Shown here: piece by piece, positions 1 through 9,545 of the stretch
Numbering within the stretch: position 1 is the stretch's first letter
Layout: every line of letters starts with the position of its first letter
Origin: Terracidiphilus sp.
Lineage (GTDB): Bacteria > Acidobacteriota > Terriglobia > Terriglobales > Acidobacteriaceae
Reading direction: 5' to 3' (one strand)
Length of the DNA stretch: 64,000 nt
NCBI GenBank assembly: GCA_036502485.1
Contig: DASXYM010000016.1
Position numbers and translations under genes: made by a program
Notes under the pieces: model-generated
The model's input: the letters and a program-made list of their open reading frames with translations, nothing else
Databases searched by the model: none
What the model was told of the DNA's origin: nothing

Positions 1-64
1 TCGTGCGTTCGGAGAAGTTGCGCAGCCGGAGATCCTCCTGCATGCGCTGGCGTAGACGTGTCAT
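1..64 (-). CDS. 5' end of a tyrosine recombinase/integrase (runs off the window); N-terminus of the type encoded next to IS91-family transposases
   Basis: Reverse complement reads MTRLRQRMQEDLRLRNFSERT from ATG at 64. SD AAGGAGGT at 69-76. Not in the ORF track because it is truncated by the window edge. Confidence 0.8.
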   Translation of the reverse strand, partial: MTRLRQRMQEDLRLRNFSERT

Positions 65-315
65 GGACACCTCCTTGGGTGTCCAACACTCTATCCAAAT
101 GCCACAGAGGCATCCCCTGCCGCGCTAGCGGCTTAGTGCAAATCGCCAAGTCGCTCATCGAGGGCCAGAAGTCGATTCTGAGCGGTTGACCGGCATCCCG
201 AACCTTTCAGCAGTTTTCGCGTATTCTTCGCTCCAATCTCGAGAAGTACGGGAAGCCGACTACTCACTCAAAACGATTCGAATTGCGTAAACGCATCGAG
301 CGAGTCTGCCCAGAT

Positions 316-777
316 TTAATCATTGAGTGTGTCTGACGGCTCCGACCATTTGACGAGAAAGTCAGGGAGTACGCGGGGCACGGCTTCGGCTTGACGAACG
401 GCCAGAAACTTGGCAGTGCGTACGATGCTCTTCGATGGATCGGTCTTGAGATGATCGGCTAGAACTGGTTCGATCTCACCATGGCGACCTGCATCTTCAG
501 GCAGCGCAGGATGGGCATCCATGCCCGTCTTGCCGGAATTGAATGCGTGTTCCGAGCGTTTCCAGACGGCCCAATCTTCGAGCGCCAACTGAAGAATCTG
601 ATCATTCACCGGAGTGAGCTGATAAGCGCTGGTGAAATCCTGTTTCCGCTCAGAGAAAATGCAGTCATAGAAGTGCGGCGATCCGAGGTAATTTGCAATG
701 CCCTGAGGAGGACCGTCATAGTAGTCGGTCACCGTGAAGACCTCTTCAAAGCCGGGCTGCGGTGAATGCGAACTCAT
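316..777 (-). CDS. Hypothetical protein (island cargo)
   Basis: Open frame with protein-like composition (DYYDGPPQGIANYLGSPHFYDCIF...ALEDWAVWKR...HPALPED). Start at 777 or 801 is uncertain. Confidence 0.6.
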   Translation of the reverse strand: MSSHSPQPGFEEVFTVTDYYDGPPQGIANYLGSPHFYDCIFSERKQDFTSAYQLTPVNDQILQLALEDWAVWKRSEHAFNSGKTGMDAHPALPEDAGRHGEIEPVLADHLKTDPSKSIVRTAKFLAVRQAEAVPRVLPDFLVKWSEPSDTLND

Positions 778-1368
778 CACGAACGTTATGCCGATAGCCA
801 TCGTATACGTCTAGCGCGTATCACCGCCGACTCTTCCCTTACGGGTACCGGGGCCGAACCCGGCAGGCGAACGGACGTCAAAGGGACGAGTAGCGGGCAA
901 CCGACTACGAAGTCAGTTAGAAATCAGAGGTGGATTTTTCACTTCGCCGTTTACCTCAGCGGGTCACCTTTGGAACATTCAGGCGCAACGCGAGAATCCG
1001 TAAATACGCGGCACCGATTAGTGCACGGGCTGACAGCGTGACAAAAGGCTCGAGAGGCATTTCAAGCCAATGGGACGAGGACTGATGCACATGGAGCGTG
1101 AACCCCTGAAGAAATGCATTGCTCGAACAATTGGGCGTGCCCGAAGAGCGGCTCCGGATGCGAACCCCGCGGGCGCGGCATCGGCAGGAAGCCGGGACCG
1201 TTTCGGCCGTCCTTATGAGCGCCGGGACAACCCGGCCTCCTCATAACGAGCAAATCGGTGTCACATCCACTTCGCAGCAAACCGCCTTCGCCTGAACGCA
1301 CCATCTCGCCATCACCCCATGATCTGTCCCGTCTCATCGATCGCCGTCGTGCTGAACGCCTGGAGATT

Positions 1369-1535
1369 GAACCCCTTCTGGTGACACACGAGGCGGCTGC
1401 CTACCTTGGCCTGTGGATTGCCACACAGTGGCAAGCATGGCTCGGGAGGGAGACCTTCCTGCTGCCGTGCTACCCCAATCGTCTCCCGACGATTTCGGGT
1501 TCCTGCGATCCGATCTGGACGCATGGTTGCGAAGC
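1369..1535 (+). pseudogene. Frameshifted excisionase-like HTH gene remnant
   Basis: EPLLVTHEAAAYLG in one frame continues as VDCHTVASMAREGDLPA...FLRSDLDAWLRS in another frame after about 1410. It is colinear with the intact protein at 2141-2395. Confidence 0.65.
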
Positions 1536-1862
1536 GCATCAATCTCAGCGGTTCCAACTCGATCTCCAGCGACGGGATGCCCTGGATTTGAAAGAGGATC
1601 GGCATCAACCGCGTCCCCCTTTCCGCCGGCGCCAATGATGCTGGCCGTATCGGTCGCTACCGCTGCGATTGACGTCGTGAACCTGGTGCTCGCGTTGGTG
1701 CTCCGGTCCACTGACCGCAACGGCTGATCGTCAACGCTCTCTTCCCACATCGTGCGGGGACAGCGGCAAAGTGCGTAGTTTTGCGGATACCAATCTCTTA
1801 CGAATCACCGTACGCTGAATCCAGTGAGCCGCTTCGCAAGCGCACAGCCCTAGATGTGAACT

Positions 1863-1997
1863 TCACGAGCCGGCTCGATCGACACTAAACATTCCGGTTC
1901 GCACGCCATCGGAAGCGGTCCAAACATCGCGGCCCCGTGACGGGCACTGATCCGGACCGATCACATGCAACTCAAACGTCGCCGCAGACACCTTCAT
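1863..1997 (-). CDS. Possible 44-aa ORF or gene fragment
   Basis: GGAGG SD upstream of ATG 1997 (MKVSAATFELHVIGPD...). No recognisable motif. Confidence 0.25.
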   Translation of the reverse strand: MKVSAATFELHVIGPDQCPSRGRDVWTASDGVRTGMFSVDRAGS

Positions 1998-2140
1998 GGT
2001 GCCTCCAGTCGAACTGTGTTTTGGCACCGAGAAGTAGAAAACGCTATGAGAATCTACGGGGCTCGGTTCCACGAGTCATCTGAAGTTTTGGCCATGGAAG
2101 CACAGCTCAATGAACGAGAGCAGGAAAAGAGGAGGAAGCA

Positions 2141-2395
2141 GTGAACACCCGTAACAATCCCCAGGCGCCCGTAATCGACAACTTCGTGTCGAAATACCAC
2201 GGACCGCGACCTCTCACTCCGGAGGACGCAGCCGATTACTTGGGCATGGACGTGAAAACCATAACCAGGTGGGCGCGGCAGGGGTACTTGCCGGCGCATC
2301 CACTCGGCGAAGGAAAGCGCAAATTCTGGCGCTTCCTCCAAGGTGAACTCGCGGAGTGGCTTGTAGCAAAGACAAACTTTCCGGAGCCTGCATGA
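2141..2395 (+). CDS. Excisionase-like helix-turn-helix DNA-binding protein
   Basis: LTPEDAADYLGMDVKTITRWARQGYLPA...WRFLQGELAEWL (HTH_17/Xis pattern). SD GGAGG before GTG. Lies directly upstream of the integrase. Confidence 0.88.
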   Translation: MNTRNNPQAPVIDNFVSKYHGPRPLTPEDAADYLGMDVKTITRWARQGYLPAHPLGEGKRKFWRFLQGELAEWLVAKTNFPEPA

Positions 2396-2475
2396 CCTCG
2401 CGGCCTTCACATCCACAGGACGGAAATGTAGACTCGGTCCCAGCCATCAGTGCGCATGCAAAGGAGAAAATCCGA

Positions 2476-3651
2476 ATGCAGGCGCAACGGTATCAGAGAG
2501 GATCTCTGAGCATGGTAAAGCGCAAGAGAAAACCCGACACTTGGGTCTTCCGCTACTACGCGAGACTGAACGGCCGCAGTGTGTACAAGAAGCACATCGT
2601 GGGCACTGTGACCGAGTTCCCGAAGCGTAAGGATGCGGAGAAGGCTGTCGCGCAGCTCAGGGTTGACGTCAACGACGGGGCTGCCTTCGCCCCCATGAAC
2701 ATGGAGCAGCTCGCAGCGCATTATCAGCGCGTCGAGCTTCCATCCAAGGCGTACTCCACGCAGGAGGGATATAAGAATTACATCGAAATTCACATCCTGC
2801 CGAAATGGGGGAAATACAGCTTGGCTGCGGTCAAGAGCGTCGAGGTGGAAGGCTGGCTCCGGGCTCTGACCTCCTCGAACGGCAAGCCCGCCAGTCCCGG
2901 TACCACGACCAAGATCCGCAACCTGATGTCCGCGATGTTCAGCCACGCCATTCGCTATGAATGGGCGACTCGCAACCCGATCGCCGCAGTGCGGACCTCT
3001 TCCAAGCGGCTTCGGGTTCCCGACATCCTCACTGCCGAGGAGTTTCAGGCCCTTGTCCAGGAGCTTCCTCCCCGCGCGCGGCTCATGGTTCTGCTCGCGG
3101 GCAGTACCGGGTTGCGCAGGGGAGAAATGATCGGCCTTCGCTGGGGAGATATCGATTTCCACGCGGCCCAAGCCAATGTCACCAGGTCCGTGTGGCACAA
3201 CGTGGAGGGCGATACCAAGACCGAGGCATCTCGCAAGCCGGTGCCTCTGCACCCGATTGTCGTCGAAGAGCTGACCCTCTGGCGCGACGAGTCGCTCTAT
3301 GCCGCGGAGTCGGACTTCATCTTCCCGTCCCTCGAGAAGAATGGACATCAGCCGATCTCACCGGAAACGATTCTGAACCGGCAGATCCGGCCGGCTCTGA
3401 CGAAGCTCGGGATCACCAAGCGTGTCGGGTACCACACCTTCCGGCACACCCTTGCGACCATGCTTCGGCAGCACGGCGTTGACATCAAGACGGCGCAGGA
3501 ACTGCTCCGGCATGCGAACCCCAGGATCACGATGGCGATCTATCAGCAGGCTGTCAGTGGGGAGAAGAGGATGGCTCAGAACCGGGTGGTGGCGAATCTC
3601 ATTCCGCGCGGCGTGCTTCAGCACCCTTCAGCACCCTCGGAGGACCCTTAA
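2476..3651 (+). CDS. Tyrosine recombinase/phage-type integrase
   Basis: Catalytic motifs TGLRRGE, HTFRHT, LLRHANPRITMAIY. SD AAGGAG at 2461-2466 supports ATG 2476 rather than 2356. Confidence 0.95.
   Translation: MQAQRYQRGSLSMVKRKRKPDTWVFRYYARLNGRSVYKKHIVGTVTEFPKRKDAEKAVAQLRVDVNDGAAFAPMNMEQLAAHYQRVELPSKAYSTQEGYKNYIEIHILPKWGKYSLAAVKSVEVEGWLRALTSSNGKPASPGTTTKIRNLMSAMFSHAIRYEWATRNPIAAVRTSSKRLRVPDILTAEEFQALVQELPPRARLMVLLAGSTGLRRGEMIGLRWGDIDFHAAQANVTRSVWHNVEGDTKTEASRKPVPLHPIVVEELTLWRDESLYAAESDFIFPSLEKNGHQPISPETILNRQIRPALTKLGITKRVGYHTFRHTLATMLRQHGVDIKTAQELLRHANPRITMAIYQQAVSGEKRMAQNRVVANLIPRGVLQHPSAPSEDP
3617..3637 (+). repeat. Tandem 10-bp direct repeat TTCAGCACCC x2, candidate integrase arm-type sites
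   Basis: Exact copies at 3617-3626 and 3627-3636, about 60-80 bp from the tRNA 3' end. Confidence 0.5.
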
Positions 3652-3694
3652 AAGATTTGATCATCGCCGTAAGCCGTTGGTTCTAACCGGTTTA

Positions 3695-3772
<78 letters not shown>

Positions 3773-3911
3773 GCTTACGGGTGGCACACTGCTGAACCAT
3801 CCGGGCTGTGCTGCAACATGTCTGAGTGTAACAGAAACGGCGATTCCCAGTCTCTGAGCCTGTGGCAAAAACCACAGGGTGAAATGGTCCGGAACTCAGC
3901 CAATCGGAGCT

Positions 3912-4727
3912 TTATGCGGTCCAGGCTGCCGCCCGGTTTCCGCGCACATTCGAGATAAAGCCCATGTCCATTGAAATACCGCGCACACACTGAAGAAGAT
4001 GATTTGCTATCGAAGGCAGCTTCTGGGCAGTCACGCGGAACGATGGACCCGAAATGCTGACTGCCGCCACAGGCTGCCGCTGGGCATCCAGTACTGGCAC
4101 AGCGATGCAGCGAAGACCTTCTTCCAATTCCTCATCGTCCACGGCGTAACCACGGCGGCGCGTCTTCTCAATCTCCGCGCGCAATGCCTCGGCATTCGCG
4201 ATGGTGCGGTGCGTCAAGCGCTCAAAACGGGTGCGACGGACGATATCCGCAATGCGCTCTTCCGGCAGGAACGCCAGAATCGCCTTGCCCACGGACGTGC
4301 AATGCACCGGATTGCTGGCCCCAATTCGTGTGATCATGCGAACCGAGCGTGCCGGCTCAATCTTGTCGATGTAAATCACGCGGGCCTGCTCAAGGATGCA
4401 CAGGTGAGCCGTTTCTTCGGTTTCCGCCACCAGCCGCCGGAGATGGGGCTGCGCGCGATCACGCAAATCATACTGCTCAATAGCCTTGTTCCCGAAATCG
4501 AATAAACGCAAACCGAGGCGGAATTTACCACTGCTGGTGCGCTCCACCATGTGGTGCCGCTCCAGCACCATCAGGAACCTGTGTGCCGTACTTTTATGGA
4601 GTTGCAGCGAAGATGCCACTTGCGCCAGACCGAGGGGTGTATCGCTTTCACCAAGCAGATCAAGAACAGCAAAAGCTCTATCAAGGGCTTGCACTTTATA
4701 AGTACCGGTAGGGGCAGAGTCTCGCAT
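3912..4727 (-). CDS. IclR family transcriptional regulator
   Basis: VQALDRAFAVLDLL, LHKSTAHRFL, HCTSVGKAILA, RRRGYAVDDEELEEGLRCIAVP. GGAG SD before ATG 4727. Confidence 0.95.
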   Translation of the reverse strand: MRDSAPTGTYKVQALDRAFAVLDLLGESDTPLGLAQVASSLQLHKSTAHRFLMVLERHHMVERTSSGKFRLGLRLFDFGNKAIEQYDLRDRAQPHLRRLVAETEETAHLCILEQARVIYIDKIEPARSVRMITRIGASNPVHCTSVGKAILAFLPEERIADIVRRTRFERLTHRTIANAEALRAEIEKTRRRGYAVDDEELEEGLRCIAVPVLDAQRQPVAAVSISGPSFRVTAQKLPSIANHLLQCVRGISMDMGFISNVRGNRAAAWTA

Positions 4728-4929
4728 AGTGGTTCTCCGTTTCGCTAATTGACTAACCCAGTTTTTCAGATTATGGAGGGGCATGTCAACCTTTGGGACG
4801 GGCCCAGCCCCGCGTCCCAGCCTCACCCTTCTTTTCATGTGAGGGGCCTGAAACTATGGACGCCAAAACACCCGGCGCGATGCGGGAATCACTCTTGCGA
4901 GCCTGTGAGATCAGGAGCCCTCAGGCCCC

Positions 4930-6807
4930 TCAGGCCGGGACCGTATCCCCTTCGCCGGGTGCCAGGAAGAGGTTCGCCTCCAGCCCATGCTGCCGGGTAT
5001 AGAGGTCGTAGTAGCGACCGCTTTGCGCAAACAGTTCAGCGTGATTGCCGTGTTCCACAATCCTGCCCTGCTCCACAACCAGGATCTGGTCCGCCCGACG
5101 GATCGTCGAGAGTCTGTGCGCGATCACAAACGTAGTACGCCCCTGCATCAGTTGGTTCAAACCAGCCTGGATCATTGCCTCGGACTCGGAGTCAAGCGAA
5201 CTCGTCGCTTCGTCGAGAATGAGGATGCGCGGATCGGCAAGCAGTGCCCGCGCAATGGAGAGTCGCTGCCGCTGCCCCCCGGAGAGCTTCACCCCGCGTT
5301 CGCCCACAATCGTTTCGTACGCTTCGGGAAACCGCTCCGCGAACTCGTCCACTCGGGCCGTCCGGCAGGCGAACAGGAATTGCTCCTCCGTCGCCTCCGG
5401 CCGCGAGAACATGATGTTTTCGCGAATGCTTCCATCGAACAGGAACGAATCCTGCAACACCACCCCAAGCTGCGAGCGGTACGAATTGAGGTCAACCTGC
5501 GCAAGGTCGATATCGTCCACCAGCACGCGCCCTTGGGTTGGCGTGTGGAAGGCACACAGCAGACTGATGATGGTGGATTTGCCGGATCCCGAAGATCCCA
5601 CCAGTGCCGTCACCGTCCCCGGCAGCGCGTTGAAACTGATGCCGTGCAGCACCGGCTTCTCCGGCTCATAAGCAAATTCCACATCCTCGAATCGCACTCT
5701 ACCCTCGACCGAGGGCATCCTGGTGCTGCGACCGGGAACCTGGTTCTCCTCAAGCTCCGACATGATCTCATTCGTGCGATCCAGCCCGGCAAACGCCTCC
5801 GTCAACTGCGTCCCAATGTTCACAATCTGGAAGAGCGGCGCAATCATGAACGCCAGAAAAATGTTGTACTGGAAATAATCTCCCGGCGTCCAATGCCCGT
5901 TCAGAACGCTGTGACCGCCCAGCCACATCACAATCGCCGACACAAGTCCCAGTACCGTGGTCGATGCCGCTCCAAGCACGCTTGTCATGGTCAGCGACTT
6001 CATCACGTTCTGCAGCAGACGCTCCACGCCGGCCCCGAATACACTCGCTTCGCGGGCCTCGGCGTTATACCCCTTGATCACCCGCACTCCGCCCAGCGAT
6101 TCGGTAAGCCTGCCGGTCACCTCGGCGTTGATGCGTCCCCGCTCGCGGAAAATCGGACGGATGGTTTTGAAGCCGTATTGCAGAACCACGGTGAACGCCC
6201 CAACCACCGCGAATACGGTCAGCGTTACCGTCACACTGCGATGAAGGAGATACACAAACACCAGGCATGCCGTGACAATGCCGCCCACAAACTCCACCAG
6301 CCCGGTCCCCACCAGATTGCGGACACCTTCCACGTCCGTCATGATCCGCGACACCAATGTGCCCGTGCGGTTGGCGTCGTAATAGGCCACCGGCAGCAGG
6401 CCCACGTGCTTCTGCACCTGCCGCCGCATCTCGGCAATCAGCCGCTGCCCCGCCTTTGAGAGCAACTGCGTGAGCGAGAACGATGTGAGCGCCTGCACTA
6501 CCGTGGCCATGGCTACGATCGCAATAATGTTGGCAAGAACCTTGGGCGCCGGATGGGTGGGATTCAGAGCCGTGTCGAGCAGCGTCTTGCTGTAGTACGG
6601 CATGGCCAGTCCGGCCACCCGGTTAAAACCCATCAGCAGCAGTCCCGCCACCAGCAGGCCTTTGCGGGGCCCCACCAGCAACTTGATCTGCGGCCAGAGC
6701 CGCTTCAGTTCGGGCTTGCGCTTGGGAAGATCAGCCTGTCCCGCGCGGCCGCCTCTGGTTCCCCGCTCAGCCCGCATACTCATACCCATTCCGCCGCCGC
6801 GCATCAA
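4930..6807 (-). CDS. ABC exporter, fused permease and ATP-binding domains (MsbA/MdlB-like)
   Basis: TM domain, Walker A GSSGSGKS, signature LSGGQRQ, Walker B ILILDEATSSLD, IAHRLST. Start uncertain among several Met codons at 6777-6807. Confidence 0.95.
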   Translation of the reverse strand: MMRGGGMGMSMRAERGTRGGRAGQADLPKRKPELKRLWPQIKLLVGPRKGLLVAGLLLMGFNRVAGLAMPYYSKTLLDTALNPTHPAPKVLANIIAIVAMATVVQALTSFSLTQLLSKAGQRLIAEMRRQVQKHVGLLPVAYYDANRTGTLVSRIMTDVEGVRNLVGTGLVEFVGGIVTACLVFVYLLHRSVTVTLTVFAVVGAFTVVLQYGFKTIRPIFRERGRINAEVTGRLTESLGGVRVIKGYNAEAREASVFGAGVERLLQNVMKSLTMTSVLGAASTTVLGLVSAIVMWLGGHSVLNGHWTPGDYFQYNIFLAFMIAPLFQIVNIGTQLTEAFAGLDRTNEIMSELEENQVPGRSTRMPSVEGRVRFEDVEFAYEPEKPVLHGISFNALPGTVTALVGSSGSGKSTIISLLCAFHTPTQGRVLVDDIDLAQVDLNSYRSQLGVVLQDSFLFDGSIRENIMFSRPEATEEQFLFACRTARVDEFAERFPEAYETIVGERGVKLSGGQRQRLSIARALLADPRILILDEATSSLDSESEAMIQAGLNQLMQGRTTFVIAHRLSTIRRADQILVVEQGRIVEHGNHAELFAQSGRYYDLYTRQHGLEANLFLAPGEGDTVPA

Positions 6808-7188
6808 TCAGAGTTCCCGCTGCCGCCGTGCGTTGATAAACGACTTCACGCACATCAGCACATAGACGAGAAGCAGTCCGGCCATCGCCCCCTGGGCCGC
6901 CAGCGCAATCTTGTCGGGATCGACACCCTGCGAACGCGCATGCCCATAGGCGCTCAGCGCCCGCCACGCGGCGCCAATCAACCCCAGCAGGCCGATAGTC
7001 ACATTGATGTGCATAAACAGTTTGCGGCGGCTCTCATCAGGGCTCATCGCCAAAAAACCGAACACCCCTAGCGCCACGCCGAACCACGTCGGTATCAGCG
7101 CCGTAGGATGCTGACTCCCGGTTCCGAAATAGCTCACCAGCCCAAGAGCAATCAAAACCACACCAAACACAATCGACATTCTCGCCAT
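6808..7188 (-). CDS. Hypothetical small membrane protein (about 4 TM segments)
   Basis: Four hydrophobic segments; abuts the ABC gene in the same orientation. Confidence 0.8.
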   Translation of the reverse strand: MARMSIVFGVVLIALGLVSYFGTGSQHPTALIPTWFGVALGVFGFLAMSPDESRRKLFMHINVTIGLLGLIGAAWRALSAYGHARSQGVDPDKIALAAQGAMAGLLLVYVLMCVKSFINARRQREL

Positions 7189-7410
7189 GGACGACCTCAG
7201 GTATCAGCCTACCAGTTGGATGGATGCGCGAGCCGCTGCAAAGAACCGAAGAAAGCGCAGAATTCAGGCAGGATAGCGCCTATCGCAAATCCTCATGAGC
7301 ACACGGCGCGTCCGCCTCATCCCGCAAACGCGTCGCTTCGTCACAACCGGCCCCATTTCCCCGCTTCTCAAGCCATACTTAGCTCCCATGCCTTGTGCCT
7401 GGAATCATTT

Positions 7411-8382
7411 ATGAGAAACTCGCTGCGATTTCAGATACTGATCTCGATCGCCTGGATAGCCCTGCTCTGCGGCGGTTGCTCAACCGCGGCCGCTCAAGCC
7501 GCCGCCCGGAACAGCCCAGACCTCAAAGCGGCCGAAGAAGCCTACACCGCCAGGCAATGGCCCCGCGCGGAAGAGCTGTATGCGGCGCTCACCCGGCAAT
7601 CTCCTGATTCGGCCCGTCTGTGGTTCCGGCTCGGCGTAGCGCAACGCGGCAATCACCACTTCGATGCGGCACTGCAGTCATTTGCGCGTGCCCGCAACCT
7701 GGGCGCCGGCAAAGGCCTCCTGCCCTCCGTCGTGGACTACGAAGTGGCCGAAACCCTGGCCGGAAGCGGCGACACAGACAAGGCTTTGCAGCAGCTCAAA
7801 GCAGCCGCGGACGGCGGCTTCTTCCAGCCTGACCGCCTCGCCAATGATCCCGAGTGGGAAGCGCTCCGTCAGAAGCCCGAGTTTGTCGCTCTCGCCCGCC
7901 AGGTTCACCACAATGCCATGCCCTGCGACGATCCGGAATTCCGCCAGTTCGACTTCTGGCTGGGCGACTGGGACGTCGTGTCCACTCAGGACGGGATACC
8001 CCGCGGGACCAGCCACATCGCCCGTGAGATGGACGGCTGTGCCGTGTGGGAAAACTGGAGTTCGGCCGGATCGCCGTACTTCGGCAAAAGCTACAACACT
8101 TACAACGCCGCCCTGCGCCGCTGGGAGCAGTTCTGGGTCGACAACATGGCAGGCACCATGTTCTTCCACGGTGAGTTGAAGGATGGCGTCATGGACTACT
8201 GGACGGAGGACATCCCCCAGCCGAACGGCACGCCTCTCCGTCGCCACCTGCAGTTCTTCAATCTAGGGCCGGATAAGGTCAGGCAATTCAGCCAGGGCTC
8301 CCGCGACGGAGGCAAGACATGGGCTGTCGAATATGACCTGACCTACAACCGGCATGCCTCAACTGCAACGGGAACACGGTAG
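7411..8382 (+). CDS. Exported TPR-repeat protein with a C-terminal DUF1579-like domain
   Basis: Signal-peptide-like start MRNSLRFQILISIAWIALLCGGC, TPR-like helices, and FRQFDFWLGDWDV...WEQFWVDN...SRDGGKTW. The ORF-track upstream extension overlaps another gene. Confidence 0.75.
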   Translation: MRNSLRFQILISIAWIALLCGGCSTAAAQAAARNSPDLKAAEEAYTARQWPRAEELYAALTRQSPDSARLWFRLGVAQRGNHHFDAALQSFARARNLGAGKGLLPSVVDYEVAETLAGSGDTDKALQQLKAAADGGFFQPDRLANDPEWEALRQKPEFVALARQVHHNAMPCDDPEFRQFDFWLGDWDVVSTQDGIPRGTSHIAREMDGCAVWENWSSAGSPYFGKSYNTYNAALRRWEQFWVDNMAGTMFFHGELKDGVMDYWTEDIPQPNGTPLRRHLQFFNLGPDKVRQFSQGSRDGGKTWAVEYDLTYNRHASTATGTR

Positions 8383-8409
8383 AACCTGCCTCGCACCCCC
8401 TCCTGAAGC

Positions 8410-9486
8410 TCAACGCTGAATACGCGCCGAGCCGCCCTTGGCAAAGGCTCGCACCTGGTCCACCGTAGCCATCGTCGTGTCGCCCGGGAACGTTGTCAGC
8501 AGCGCGCCATGCGCCCAGCCCAGCTTGACCGCGTCTTCCGGCTTCTCCCCGGTCAGCAGGCCATAAATGAAACCCGACGCGAATCCATCCCCGCCGCCTA
8601 CCCGATCGTAGACGTCCAACTCCGCCGTGGGCGCGGTGTAGGTCTTCCCTTCCATCCACGCCACCGCGCTCCAGCTGTGCCGGTTGGTGGAGTGCACCTC
8701 CCGCAGCGTCGTCGCAACCACCTTCACGTGGGGCAGCTTCTTCGTCACGTTCTCCATCATGCCGAAAAATGCGTTGGCATCGAGCTTTGACTTTGCCGCA
8801 ACTTCGGGTCCGGGAATTCCCAGCCCCTTCTGCAGGTCCTCTTCGTTCCCCACCAGCACGTCAACGTTCTCCACAATACGGTGAATCGTCTCCACCGCCT
8901 TGCTCTCGCCCCCCGCCACCTTCCACAGCTTCTCGCGAAAATTCAGGTCGAACGAAGTGACCGCTCCCGCCTCCTTCGCCGCCTTCATCATCTCCGCCGC
9001 CAATTCCGCCGTCGTGGATGAAAGTGCCGCGAAGATGCCTCCGCTATGGACCCAGCGAACCCCGCCGGCAAAGATCGCTTTCCAATCGAAATCCCCCGGC
9101 TTGAGCAACGCCGCAGCCTCATTCGCCCGGTTATAGAACACCACCGGCGGCCGCACGCCAAAACCGCGATCGCTGTACACCGTGGCCATGTTGGGCCCGT
9201 TCACGCCGTTGTGCTGAAAGTGCTTGTAGATCGGCTTCACGCCCATCGCCTTCACGCGTTCAGCGATAAGGTCGCCTACCGGGTAGTCCGACATCGCGCT
9301 CGCAAGGGCCGTCTTCATTCCAAAGCAATCAGACAGGTTGGCAGCCACGTTGAACTCCCCGCCACTCACGTGGATGTGACACTCCGTCGCCTTCCTGAGC
9401 GGCACGATCCCCGGATCGAGCCGATGCACAAGTGCTCCCAGCGACAGGAAATCCAGTTCAGCATCCTTCCGAATCTGCAAGCTCAT
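8410..9486 (-). CDS. kdgK: PfkB family sugar kinase, probably 2-keto-3-deoxygluconate kinase
   Basis: SGGEFNVAANL, SFDLNFREKLW, DRVGGGDGFASGFIYG. Confidence 0.85.
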   Translation of the reverse strand: MSLQIRKDAELDFLSLGALVHRLDPGIVPLRKATECHIHVSGGEFNVAANLSDCFGMKTALASAMSDYPVGDLIAERVKAMGVKPIYKHFQHNGVNGPNMATVYSDRGFGVRPPVVFYNRANEAAALLKPGDFDWKAIFAGGVRWVHSGGIFAALSSTTAELAAEMMKAAKEAGAVTSFDLNFREKLWKVAGGESKAVETIHRIVENVDVLVGNEEDLQKGLGIPGPEVAAKSKLDANAFFGMMENVTKKLPHVKVVATTLREVHSTNRHSWSAVAWMEGKTYTAPTAELDVYDRVGGGDGFASGFIYGLLTGEKPEDAVKLGWAHGALLTTFPGDTTMATVDQVRAFAKGGSARIQR

Positions 9487-9545
9487 GCGCTCCGCTCCTT
9501 TGTGCTCTCAGGGAATTGATTTCTGTTTGGGGAATATCGGGCTGC

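Larger units (their letters stand above)
1..3694. mobile_element. Right end of an integrative element/genomic island at the tRNA-Asp 3' end (left boundary outside the window)
   Basis: xis-like gene and tyrosine integrase point toward the 3' end of tRNA-Asp. The region also holds degenerate gene fragments and a second recombinase. The partner att repeat is not in the window. Confidence 0.8.

Noticed and set aside
781-925. Integron attC-like GTTATGC/GTTAG motifs near the island hypothetical gene
   Set aside because: The orientation does not fit the minus-strand gene, and no complementary RYYYAAC/L-box structure or cassette array was found.
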